This document shows, piece after piece, positions 52,219 to 61,612 of a stretch of DNA of 63,397 nucleotides; the stretch's first letter is position 1, and each line of letters opens with the position of its first letter. The notes under the pieces are model-generated. The model was not told the DNA's origin, did no database searches, and worked only from the letters and a program-made list of their open reading frames with translations. Position numbers and translations under genes: made by a program. Source of the DNA: an uncultured virus (IMG/VR IMGVR_UViG_3300018411_000016) (taxonomy: Duplodnaviria; Heunggongvirae; Uroviricota; Caudoviricetes); the IMG/VR virus record IMGVR_UViG_3300018411_000016; one strand, written 5' to 3'.

Positions 52219-52944
52219 TTACTTAAAAATATTTTTATGTATGAACAATCTTTCTACAGCTTTACTTCTACTGTTTTTATCTAGTGTAGTTGTTAATTCT
52301 TTGCTCCATATACATTCAAAATCGTCTGGTGCGTTATATTCACTGCATATAAGTATATTATCTTTGCTCATCTTTCTAACCCAATCCCAATATGTATTAT
52401 GGTCAAAATCATCTTTATATTTTGTAGTACCCTCATATGGAGGGTCACAATAAATAACACAATTTTTTAAATCCATTATGTCTAAATAAGATTTGTACTC
52501 ATATTTTACATCCTGTAATTCTTTAATTTGTTGCATTACATTTCTTACTGCTTCGTCATAATAATTTCTAATTGTTCCAATCTTAGTTGTCACTATTCCT
52601 GCATATCCACCAAACCATTTTGCGTTATACGTAGCACAAAATCCAGCCAAGGCAACAATTTTAGGTGAATACAATCCTTGATTATTTTTAACCTCATTAT
52701 AAAAATCCTTAGTCATTTCAATTTCTTTAAATGGTTGCCAGCCATCTTGCAATGCTTTCCAAAATTCTATTAAATATTTGTTGTTGTCATATCCATATTT
52801 ATTATCACATTTGATGTGTTGAATCATATTTGAACCACCTACAAAGGGTTCTATGTATTTTTCTATTTTATTATCATCTATATATTTTTGAATAATTGGA
52901 ACTATATCTTTTGCTATTCTTGCTTTACTTCCCATGTATTTCAA
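52219..52944 (-). CDS. DNA adenine methyltransferase (D12/Dam class)
   Basis: KYMGSK, EPFVGG, YCDPPY. Confidence 0.92.
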   Translation of the reverse strand: MKYMGSKARIAKDIVPIIQKYIDDNKIEKYIEPFVGGSNMIQHIKCDNKYGYDNNKYLIEFWKALQDGWQPFKEIEMTKDFYNEVKNNQGLYSPKIVALAGFCATYNAKWFGGYAGIVTTKIGTIRNYYDEAVRNVMQQIKELQDVKYEYKSYLDIMDLKNCVIYCDPPYEGTTKYKDDFDHNTYWDWVRKMSKDNILICSEYNAPDDFECIWSKELTTTLDKNSRSKAVERLFIHKNIFK

Positions 52945-53051
52945 GTTTATATGTCACACCCTTTATTTTATTCATCTCGTGTTTATTCGTTTAATTTATT
53001 ATCCCACCCAATAACAAGAGTGGGATATGCAGTTCGTATGTATTAGTTTGC

Positions 53052-53588
53052 TTAATCTATATATCCTTCGTTAAAGGCAATTCTACGTGTCTCAGCATTT
53101 TTATCAGCTATCTTCTTCAATTCAAAACAACCACAAGATGGTGTCCAAGCTTCAATAAAATCAATTACCCTTTGGAAATCACCCTTCTTTGTACGTGAAA
53201 TCTTACTACCTAAACCAGCATTGCGTTTTGCGTCAGTATAAAGCCTTTTAATAAATATTCTAAAGTATTTGTGTCTATCTAACAAATCAGTTCCAAGTAT
53301 TTCCATTACTCTCCTCGTTGCTGTTTCAATAATTGTTTCTTGCTGTGTGGTAGTCACTTCTTCGTTTAATTTCAAGTTTTCTATATCTGATTTCACTTCT
53401 GTTAAATCCAAACTAACATTATTCATAGTATTTGATAATCCGTTCATTAATTGCTCACTTGTTTCTAATCTTTTTAACACCACAGCCATTGATTGTGTAT
53501 TCTGTAAAGAAATCTCTGCTGTTTTATTTAAGGTTGTCATAATTGTTTCCATTGAAACGCTAACTGCTGTATTTTCATATGTATTCAT
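53052..53588 (-). CDS. ORF6C-like coiled-coil protein
   Basis: Coiled coil then LYTDAK...DF..VIDFIEAWTP. Confidence 0.55.
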   Translation of the reverse strand: MNTYENTAVSVSMETIMTTLNKTAEISLQNTQSMAVVLKRLETSEQLMNGLSNTMNNVSLDLTEVKSDIENLKLNEEVTTTQQETIIETATRRVMEILGTDLLDRHKYFRIFIKRLYTDAKRNAGLGSKISRTKKGDFQRVIDFIEAWTPSCGCFELKKIADKNAETRRIAFNEGYID

Positions 53589-53590
53589 AA

Positions 53591-54724
53591 TTATCTAATC
53601 TCCTTTATGTTGTTGTTAATATTATAATCCATTGTATTTGACCAATTTTTAATTTCATTTATTGCTTTGATATAACCCATTCTTTCTAGCTCTGGTAGTT
53701 CATTTATATGGTCGGTCAGCCATACATAACCACCAACTTGTTCTATAAACGTAGCAACTTTACTACAGAACAACAAAGTTGAGTCTTTTAATTTTTTGTT
53801 AAACTGTTCTTGTGGTGACTGCTCTGTTATAGTTTTGATTTGTTGTCTTAGCTCTTGTAATTCTTTTACCTTGTTTGTGTATTCATTATTTAAACGCCTA
53901 TAATCACTTTTATATTCCTCCAATTCTTTCTTTGTTGAATGGTAATCCAGTGGTAAAGTTTCAATTTCCTTTTCTGGTCTGTTATCTAATTCTGCTTTTA
54001 ACTTAGAAATTTCATCTTCGAGGTTGTCCAGTTGAGATAACTTTCGAGATAATACATTATTTTCATTTTCAGTTATCTTTAGTTTATCTACATATTCTTC
54101 TACTTGTTTCTGTGTATATTTCTTTGTAATATCAAGTTGTGCAATTAATTCTTCTTGTTCTTCTTGAGATAACTTAACCAACACTTTACTGGCAACTCTT
54201 TTTGTGAATATACCATCATCTAATAATTGTTTTACTTCTGGTGTAAGTTTGCGTTCAATAGCTAATAATTCCTTTAGAGAAGTTTCGCTTGTGTTAAGTT
54301 GGGCTGCTATCTCTTTTAAGGATAGTCGACTGTCGACTATGCTAAATTGATTATCACCAAGTGTATTTCCACATAAACTTACATACTCTACAGCGACTTT
54401 TCTTTGTTTTATAGGGTCATTTTCGTCTCTTCTAAAATTTGTGATAAGAAGTTGTTTTAATTTTTCTTCCTCATTATTCAAATCTTCTCTAATAATAACT
54501 GGAACAAGTGTAATTCCTAATTCTTTACACACTTTCAATCTCTGATGCCCTGAAACTACCGTCATATCGGGAGCTATTAATAACGGCTCTGAAACTCCAA
54601 AATTTTTTATTGATGCTTTAAACTTTTCATAAGAATCCCCCTTTATATCATCAAAAAATTCTTGATTTCTTGGATGAACTTTTAAAACATCTATTGAAAT
54701 ATTTGTTAATGTTTGCATATACAC
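53591..54724 (-). CDS. ParB/Srx N-terminal domain protein
   Basis: LKVHPRN...EPL...SGHQRL, HTH, coiled coil. Confidence 0.8.
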   Translation of the reverse strand: MYMQTLTNISIDVLKVHPRNQEFFDDIKGDSYEKFKASIKNFGVSEPLLIAPDMTVVSGHQRLKVCKELGITLVPVIIREDLNNEEEKLKQLLITNFRRDENDPIKQRKVAVEYVSLCGNTLGDNQFSIVDSRLSLKEIAAQLNTSETSLKELLAIERKLTPEVKQLLDDGIFTKRVASKVLVKLSQEEQEELIAQLDITKKYTQKQVEEYVDKLKITENENNVLSRKLSQLDNLEDEISKLKAELDNRPEKEIETLPLDYHSTKKELEEYKSDYRRLNNEYTNKVKELQELRQQIKTITEQSPQEQFNKKLKDSTLLFCSKVATFIEQVGGYVWLTDHINELPELERMGYIKAINEIKNWSNTMDYNINNNIKEIR

Positions 54725-54736
54725 CCTTCCTTTAGT

Positions 54737-55024
54737 TTATAGAAATTTATATTCGTTAACGACTGCAATTGCCACACATTCATTTTCATCACACGGCACA
54801 ACATGAATTGCTCCTCTTGCTTCTAATGAGGTGCATATTTCTACTATTTCACTCATTTTTAATTTTGAAATATTTTTTAAATCATCGTATGTAGCCCTTT
54901 TATTGTTACTCATAATATAATCTTGAATTTTCTGTATTTCTTTATGGAATTTTTTATTTTTACATACTTTTATAGCAGTTTTACTTAAATTTAAAACCTC
55001 ATCAACTATCTTTTCTTCAAACAT
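54737..55024 (-). CDS. Hypothetical winged-HTH-like protein
   Basis: AGGAG RBS; ATYDDL...LEARGAI. Confidence 0.55.
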   Translation of the reverse strand: MFEEKIVDEVLNLSKTAIKVCKNKKFHKEIQKIQDYIMSNNKRATYDDLKNISKLKMSEIVEICTSLEARGAIHVVPCDENECVAIAVVNEYKFL

Positions 55025-55253
55025 TTCATTCTCCTTTTCAACTTCTAATCGTCCTATTTACATACCTTGCTTAAATCGTCAAATTTGACATCTGATTTCG
55101 ATTATACTCTTCACCCTAACAACTTATCGAGTAAAGGGTTATCGTTGAAATTAGGGTGCTAAAACTCAAATTTAAGCCAACAAAACACTATTTGCAATCA
55201 TTCATCTAACACATAAAATAAGTGTGTAAATATTTAATTCATTTAATTTATTT

Positions 55254-56063
55254 TTAGGCTTGCTTTTTAAGATTACTTTTAAGGTTTTCTTTTGCAGTCA
55301 ATACCCAGTCTGTATTTTCATCAAACAACCAAGGCATTACTCTTGGGGCATACTGTCTACCGTCTAACCCTTTGATAGTGGAAGATAACTGACCACTCCA
55401 AACATCTTCTAACTTACTATTTTCCATAACACTTATTATGTTGGATATAATAAACATCTCATCTTTTATTTTTCTGCGTTCAAGGCGTACATCTTTAAGC
55501 ATTTTAGCTAAAATATATCCAGAGTAAGCATTCATTTTAGTAAATTCCATTTTATGCTCTATATCTTCTTTACAGCCTTCAATTTCCCTGTGTTGTATCT
55601 GAAGATTGATTTTATATTGTTTTAATTCCTCTAATTCAGTCCTAAAACCCTCAATCTTTTCATACCAGTTTGTATTTTTATCATCATATTTACTTGGCTT
55701 GTAGATACATTCACCTTTATAGCTGTCTTTTGTTATAGTTTGTTTAATTTGTTTTAACTCATTTTCGCTTGTTTCTATGTATTGACTATCATTGATAATG
55801 CTATCAAGGGTATTATCAGCCTTATTAATATCATACTTTTTAGGCTTTTCTTTCTTCTCAACAAATATTACTTGATACTTTTTTCTCTCTTTTGGTGATA
55901 TGTTATTGTCTATTAACTGCTTTGCCCTAGCATAAATAAACTTTTCAGCTCTGTCTGCATTAGAAGTATATGATATTTTGTGCTGCCTATCAAATACAAG
56001 GTACTTGTCGCAATATTTAATTATATAATCATCCATCTGCCACTCTCCCATCTTTAAATTCAA
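55254..56063 (-). CDS. Hypothetical phage protein
   Basis: DIEHKME...RRKIKDE...YAPR; start position uncertain. Confidence 0.6.
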   Translation of the reverse strand: MNLKMGEWQMDDYIIKYCDKYLVFDRQHKISYTSNADRAEKFIYARAKQLIDNNISPKERKKYQVIFVEKKEKPKKYDINKADNTLDSIINDSQYIETSENELKQIKQTITKDSYKGECIYKPSKYDDKNTNWYEKIEGFRTELEELKQYKINLQIQHREIEGCKEDIEHKMEFTKMNAYSGYILAKMLKDVRLERRKIKDEMFIISNIISVMENSKLEDVWSGQLSSTIKGLDGRQYAPRVMPWLFDENTDWVLTAKENLKSNLKKQA

Positions 56064-56077
56064 CCGTTGTAATAGTG

Positions 56078-56257
56078 TTAATCGTTATAATAACCATATG
56101 TATCATCATATTCCCGTTCTTTGTTCATTAATTTAAGTTTGTTTCTTCCAATAAAGCAATTTACTTCATCAACATCTATGTCATCGTAACTCACTTCATC
56201 TACATTATTATGTATGCCATTATATACTGCCTCTAAATAATCTTGTGGTACTTTCAT
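56078..56257 (-). CDS. Hypothetical acidic protein (59 aa)
   Basis: Not in ORF track. GGGTGA RBS. Confidence 0.5.
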   Translation of the reverse strand: MKVPQDYLEAVYNGIHNNVDEVSYDDIDVDEVNCFIGRNKLKLMNKEREYDDTYGYYND

Positions 56258-56377
56258 TTTTCACCCTCTCACCGATTAGATTTAATCAAATTCATTTAAT
56301 TTATTTTTGCTACATTCATATAGTACCATTATTACAAAAGCTTGTCAACACTTTTTATAATATTCATTTAATTTATT

Positions 56378-57223
56378 TTATGACTTCCTATTTAACCATA
56401 CTTTTTTCATAGTTTCACTTCGTTTATTATTCACTGCCAATGTATTTAGCTTAAAAAGGTTCTTACTCTTAGCTTCTTGAGCAACAATATCAGCGAAACT
56501 TTCCACTGTGACTTTGCCTTTATAGCCACTCTCATTATTATTCCTATGGAAGAAAATAGTGCAAGCATACTTAAATGAACCATTCTCTCCTATACGACCA
56601 TATTCATTATTATAGAATATAACCCCTATATCCTGCAAGATATTAGTCCATGTATTGCAGGTAGTCCTAGATACTTTTACACTTTGTGCTAACTGTTTCT
56701 GCGATATGCTCCATAACTGACCATCATTTGAACAACTTCTGGCAATTAATAGATAATATTTTATGAATTGGTATTTCTTTATTCCCTTGTTTGCTTTGAA
56801 ATATTTTAGGATTTTAAGCAAATTTACCTCTGGAATTTTTGTAAATCCATTAGAAATACTATTATTTTCATCTTCATGCAAGAAACTGACCTTATATATA
56901 TTATTGCTTTTTCTATCAAATTTTACAGATAAATTCCAGAAATCATAGAGCTCTATATAATTTTTATGTTCTAATTCAACTATAGCATTATACAAATCTT
57001 TCAATTGACTGCTTTGGGTGTTACCAATATTCAAAATATTAGTAAGTGTAGGTACTGATATGTATGAACATCCACTTAAAACATCAAAATTAACCGTTCG
57101 CATAATAGTATATACAGATAAAGCAGTATCGGATAAATCTTCATCTGCTATCATATCATTACTTATTATGCTAAAACTTTCTTTGTTGACTAAAACATCT
57201 GATATTACTTCTTTTTTAATCAT
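56378..57223 (-). CDS. Tandem winged-HTH protein, putative replication initiator
   Basis: FSIISN..DLSD..L.VY and FTKIP..SQKQLA..SRTT repeats; adjacent to the iterons. Confidence 0.55.
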   Translation of the reverse strand: MIKKEVISDVLVNKESFSIISNDMIADEDLSDTALSVYTIMRTVNFDVLSGCSYISVPTLTNILNIGNTQSSQLKDLYNAIVELEHKNYIELYDFWNLSVKFDRKSNNIYKVSFLHEDENNSISNGFTKIPEVNLLKILKYFKANKGIKKYQFIKYYLLIARSCSNDGQLWSISQKQLAQSVKVSRTTCNTWTNILQDIGVIFYNNEYGRIGENGSFKYACTIFFHRNNNESGYKGKVTVESFADIVAQEAKSKNLFKLNTLAVNNKRSETMKKVWLNRKS

Positions 57224-57414
57224 TCATATTAAACCCCTTTTCGTTTTTGTTTAATTTATATTGGTATGAGACATAAAAGAAAAATGAAAAGAAAGAATAG
57301 GAATAGAATTTTAAGAATGAAACCTAACATGACAAAAATTATTTTTTGCGTAGCAATAGTTCTTCTTTTAATATATTTTTCTTCTTTTATATTTTTCTTC
57401 TTTTATATGCATAG

Positions 57415-57533
57415 TGTGTAATAAGATTTTATTAACACATTGTAGTCGTTGTAAAATGTATAATAAGATTTTATTAACAAGTGTATAGTCGACTATAAAT
57501 GTGTAATAAGATTTTATTAACAGGTCGATAGTC
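57415..57533. repeat. Three 42-43 bp iteron-like tandem repeats
   Basis: TAATAAGATTTTATTAACA at 57419, 57461 and 57504. Confidence 0.85.
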
Positions 57534-57800
57534 AAAAATAAGGATTGAATTTCCAAAATCAATTCAGAATTCATTTAATTTATTTTCACACTTAGGATAC
57601 CACTTTCAATTATTATTGTCAATAGTGTTATGGAAATATTTTCAAACAGAAAAGATATAGCTTATCATTTGACATTAAACAATTATGTATCTTATCGGTT
57701 AAACCTCTGAATATGTATATATATATTTTATTTTCATAAGGAATTATCAACAAAATGTCAATTTTTTTCAAATATTTTTTTGTTCTAGTGTGTATAACTA

Positions 57801-58218
57801 TTTACATTTTGATAAAAAAGAGATATACTATACACAAGTTGCACGAGTTATTAGAGAGTATTTAACGGGATTGTTCGATTTAGAGTTCTGTTGTTATTAT
57901 AAACAAGTTTATATCAAGTTTTACGCAAAAAAAGAGTTCAAACTATCCGAAACAGTGATTCTCCTACAACCACTAATTATTCCAACAAAGTTGACGCTTT
58001 GAAAGAATAGGATATTTGAACTCCCAGTAAGTATTAATTACTTATGCCGATATTATATCATACAGCTACACTCATTTCAATACTAAACAAGAAATTTTTT
58101 AAACTTTTGAGTGAAAACTTTTTGAATAAAATAGCGTTTTGGGAGTTCATTTTTCTAGTAAATGGTTAATCGGTCTATTAGGCTTATCTGAGGTCATCAC
58201 TTTGGATAAGTCTTTTTT
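57801..58218 (+). promoter_or_regulatory. Rep leader with attenuator terminator and counter-transcript promoter
   Basis: TTTACA-17-TATACT (+, 57801-57829); TTGAAA-17-TATAAT (-, 58052-58080); AGGCTTATC/GATAAGTCT + T-run at 58180-58218. Confidence 0.55.
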
Positions 58219-58258
58219 GTTGCTGATTTCACCAAATATTATTAGAAAGGAGGACTCT

Positions 58259-59170
58259 ATGTTATCATTTGCTCCAGCAAGTACAGAAACAAATACGGAA
58301 ATAAGGTTTACAAATTGCAAATTGAGTAGTGATATTATAAATAGTATGGCTATTAATCCATCTATTTCATCAGCACAGATAGATGTTCTCCTTTGGATTG
58401 CTCGTAGGCAGGATGCGTTCGGGCGAGTATTCTATGTTAAATATAGTGAGGTATGCAAGGATATAGGCATTAGCCATCAAGAATATTATAATTGTATTCA
58501 ATCCTTGGTAGATGAAAATATTATTCGTGTTATTAATAGGCATAATCGCTATGGTTGGGATTTTGAAATACTCAACAATGCTTTTATTGGTTCGGAAGAT
58601 GATAAAGATAGATATTTGAATATCAACCGTAATTTCCTATTCTCCAAAGCGTTTATAGGACTTAGAAGTAATGAGAAAAAGCTTATTTTGAAGATATTGC
58701 TTGAAAAAATTGAAGGTAAAGAGTTCTATTTATTCATTTCTACTGTAACAAAATGGACTGGAATAAAGAATAGACAGCTTATAAGGTCTTATTTAGATAA
58801 ACTAAAGACCTTCTTTACTGTATCATTCTTTACCAAGGGTAAGAACAATAGAAATAAGTCATACAAGCACAAGGATAGGCAAGGCTGCGTATTACAAGAT
58901 GATGTTATATCATTGAATTTTCATAAGAACAGTGAGTTTGAACACGTATATAAGCATAAAATAAAGACACTCTGTAGAAATATGAAGATATTTGTATCTG
59001 GAGAACACTTAATAGATGATGTGATTATCTTGATGCAACAGTATATGAATCATGTACATTTATCTGTAATTTATAATATAATAGTTGGTTCATTAGAAAA
59101 ACATAATGAGATAAGACCACGGTACATAAACTGGAAGATTAATAACTATATAGACACATCGACCATATGA
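58259..59170 (+). CDS. Putative plasmid-type replication initiator (winged HTH)
   Basis: AAGGAGG RBS; YSEVCKDIGISHQEYYNCIQSL HTH; next to the par locus. Confidence 0.6.
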   Translation: MLSFAPASTETNTEIRFTNCKLSSDIINSMAINPSISSAQIDVLLWIARRQDAFGRVFYVKYSEVCKDIGISHQEYYNCIQSLVDENIIRVINRHNRYGWDFEILNNAFIGSEDDKDRYLNINRNFLFSKAFIGLRSNEKKLILKILLEKIEGKEFYLFISTVTKWTGIKNRQLIRSYLDKLKTFFTVSFFTKGKNNRNKSYKHKDRQGCVLQDDVISLNFHKNSEFEHVYKHKIKTLCRNMKIFVSGEHLIDDVIILMQQYMNHVHLSVIYNIIVGSLEKHNEIRPRYINWKINNYIDTSTI

Positions 59171-59791
59171 TGTTTTATATGCCCCTATCTGAATAGGAGA
59201 ATTAAATTTAGAGTAAAATTGGATTTGTTTATATCATTAAAATAAATTAAATAAATATTGTCTGTATGTTTAATAAGAAAACACCTATAGAATATACTAA
59301 ACCATGAGAGTATTGGTTTGGTTATCTTCAGTGTCTACCAATAGTCAGTATATTTGTTCAAATACCAGTTGATATGTCATACTTTTTCAATTTTTATTTA
59401 AAAATCATGCAATAACAAGGAAATGTAGTCATTGTTGATTTTCAATTTATATTTAAGCTGTTATGTTGTTTTCCAATTTTCATTTCACTTATTAGATAGT
59501 GTTTTTCAATTCACATTTTTCAAAAGGTGTCTGAAACCCTTGCTGTTGGTGCGGTTTAGCATTTCTTATTATCTCTTCTGTTTTTACTATTCTTTCTGTT
59601 ATTATATTATCCAATCTATCTAACGCTTATTCTTGTTAATCAGTAAGAAAATCTTTAGAAAATCTCTTAAAATATAGAAGAACATAAAAATAACACCCAT
59701 ATGAAAACAGTTATTAAACTGCTGACAGTATGAGTGTTATAATAGTGCTTATATATATATTAAATGAATTTCACATGGACTTAATGTGCCA

Positions 59792-60865
59792 TTAATCTTC
59801 TAAAAGCTGAAAGAAATAACCAGCCACATTAGCATAGATAAGTTCGTTTTGTGTGCCAATTATCTCTGTTTTGTAGTTTATCTTACCTTCGGACAGCATA
59901 TATTCAATAATATCATTGATAGTATATGCCCCACCGCCTATAGGATATATGTTTCTACTGTTCATATCAGGAAAAGAAAGCTGTATTGTCTTAAATATTT
60001 CTTTTACAGTATGCTCCCCATATTTAATCCAATCTTTCATATTTACACTATCTAAACCTATTTTAACCATTGGAGCGTTAAGTATTCTATCCTCAATGAC
60101 TTCGGCAGTATAATTGCAGCCAGTATCATTCAAGAATTTCTTCTGTATATCCTCAAACACCTCTAATAAGCCTGTATTGATAGTTTTAAAGTTGCCTATA
60201 ATAAGTTCTTTATCTTCTTGATTGATGTTGATACTAAGAATATCAGTAGTCCTATAGCCTGCATCCACTATTAAGAATGGTGTAGTTATATCCATCTTCT
60301 CATGCAAGGCAAGAAAACCACTATATCCCTCCGCACATACTTTAAATGAATTAATCTTTACAAATACATCTTGACCATTTACTTGACCAGAAAGTGTCTT
60401 TGTTAGCATAGAATTAATCTTCATTTCAAAGTATTCCCGCTTGTTCTGTGATTTGTATAAATCCAGTGGAAGTCCTAAAGCCAAGTCAATCTTTAATATG
60501 CCATCAAAATCTCCATATATTTGATTAACAGCTAATAATATGGTTTCCTCTATATACTCTCTTTGTGTTTTGTCCTGTTGAATTAAACTATCCCCCACCC
60601 CAAAGCACAATACTCTGTCTCCAAGTTTTACTACATAGTTAGTATCTAGTGCATCCAAAGACACCTTTGATTTTATTTTCTTAAACTTTACCTCATTACC
60701 TATCTGTCCAGCTATTTTTAAATTGGCTGAACCTAAGTCTAGTGCAAGTCTGTATACTTTAGATAAGTCTATACTTCCGATGGTGACTTCAGTTTTTTCA
60801 TCATTAGATATTTCTACTTTGTCATCAATATCTGTTATTCCTGTCACCTTTATTTTATCTGACAT
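59792..60865 (-). CDS. parM: ParM/StbA actin-like partition ATPase
   Basis: LDLGSANLK, LGLP, AEG, VDAGYRTTD, IGGGA. Confidence 0.88.
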   Translation of the reverse strand: MSDKIKVTGITDIDDKVEISNDEKTEVTIGSIDLSKVYRLALDLGSANLKIAGQIGNEVKFKKIKSKVSLDALDTNYVVKLGDRVLCFGVGDSLIQQDKTQREYIEETILLAVNQIYGDFDGILKIDLALGLPLDLYKSQNKREYFEMKINSMLTKTLSGQVNGQDVFVKINSFKVCAEGYSGFLALHEKMDITTPFLIVDAGYRTTDILSININQEDKELIIGNFKTINTGLLEVFEDIQKKFLNDTGCNYTAEVIEDRILNAPMVKIGLDSVNMKDWIKYGEHTVKEIFKTIQLSFPDMNSRNIYPIGGGAYTINDIIEYMLSEGKINYKTEIIGTQNELIYANVAGYFFQLLED

Positions 60866-60956
60866 GTTGTTATCCTCCTTATAATAAAGAACATTTAGAA
60901 ATAATATATTAACAATACATTAAATGAATTATATAAACGAATTATATTTTTGTTAA

Positions 60957-61352
60957 TTAGAATGGATTATTTTTTATTTTTACTGTTGGTAATGTGAATG
61001 ATAAACCACCATCATTGTTTGGGGTATTTTGATTGTTGTTTTGTGGAATATCAATCTTTACAATAGCGAGTTCTTCTTTTGTAGCCAATTTATTTTTAAT
61101 ATTATTATCAGATATTTCTTTATTTGTTTCTTTAGATACTTCTTTAGATACTTCTGGTTCATTGTTAGAAGGGGTTAATATTATATTTGCTTTCTCTGTA
61201 TGTTCGGCTAATACTTTTCTAATATAACTTGCTAATGACCTATCATCGGCATCAGCTAACATTTGCAACCTATCTTTAATATTCATTCCTATTGTAAGAG
61301 AAGTTCTGTATTGCTCGGTATCCTTGGTGGATTTGTGTATATTATTTTCCAA
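60957..61352 (-). CDS. ParR-like ribbon-helix-helix adaptor
   Basis: RTSLTI...LADADDRSLASYIRKVL with a disordered C-tail; upstream of ParM. Confidence 0.7.
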   Translation of the reverse strand: MENNIHKSTKDTEQYRTSLTIGMNIKDRLQMLADADDRSLASYIRKVLAEHTEKANIILTPSNNEPEVSKEVSKETNKEISDNNIKNKLATKEELAIVKIDIPQNNNQNTPNNDGGLSFTLPTVKIKNNPF

Positions 61353-61451
61353 AAAATCACCTCCAGTTAGATATAGATTAGTTGTGTTGGATTTTGTTTA
61401 TTCAAAATTTATATCTATCATAGCATAATAGGAAAAATATAGCAAGTAAAA

Positions 61452-61612
61452 AGTGGTGCTAAAAGGTGACGGATTACATTGAAATTACATTGGAGTTACA
61501 CTAAAACAGTGTAATGATGGTGTTATGTTAATACAAATTTGGTGTTATATTGGTGTAAAAGTGGTGTAAATAATATATAAAAATGGTGTTATTAAGGTGG
61601 TATATCACACCA
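61452..61612. repeat. parC-like centromere, 11-bp phased repeats
   Basis: TGGTGT at 61518, 61540, 61551, 61562, 61584; inverted TTACA copies at about 61474, 61485, 61496. Confidence 0.7.

Noticed and set aside
53591..54724. ParB protein as the partition system
   Set aside because: No adjacent ParA; partition is better explained by ParM-ParR-parC.
57415..57533. Possible mini CRISPR array
   Set aside because: Only three 19-nt repeats; the 23-24 nt linkers resemble each other; no cas genes in the window. Better explained as iterons.
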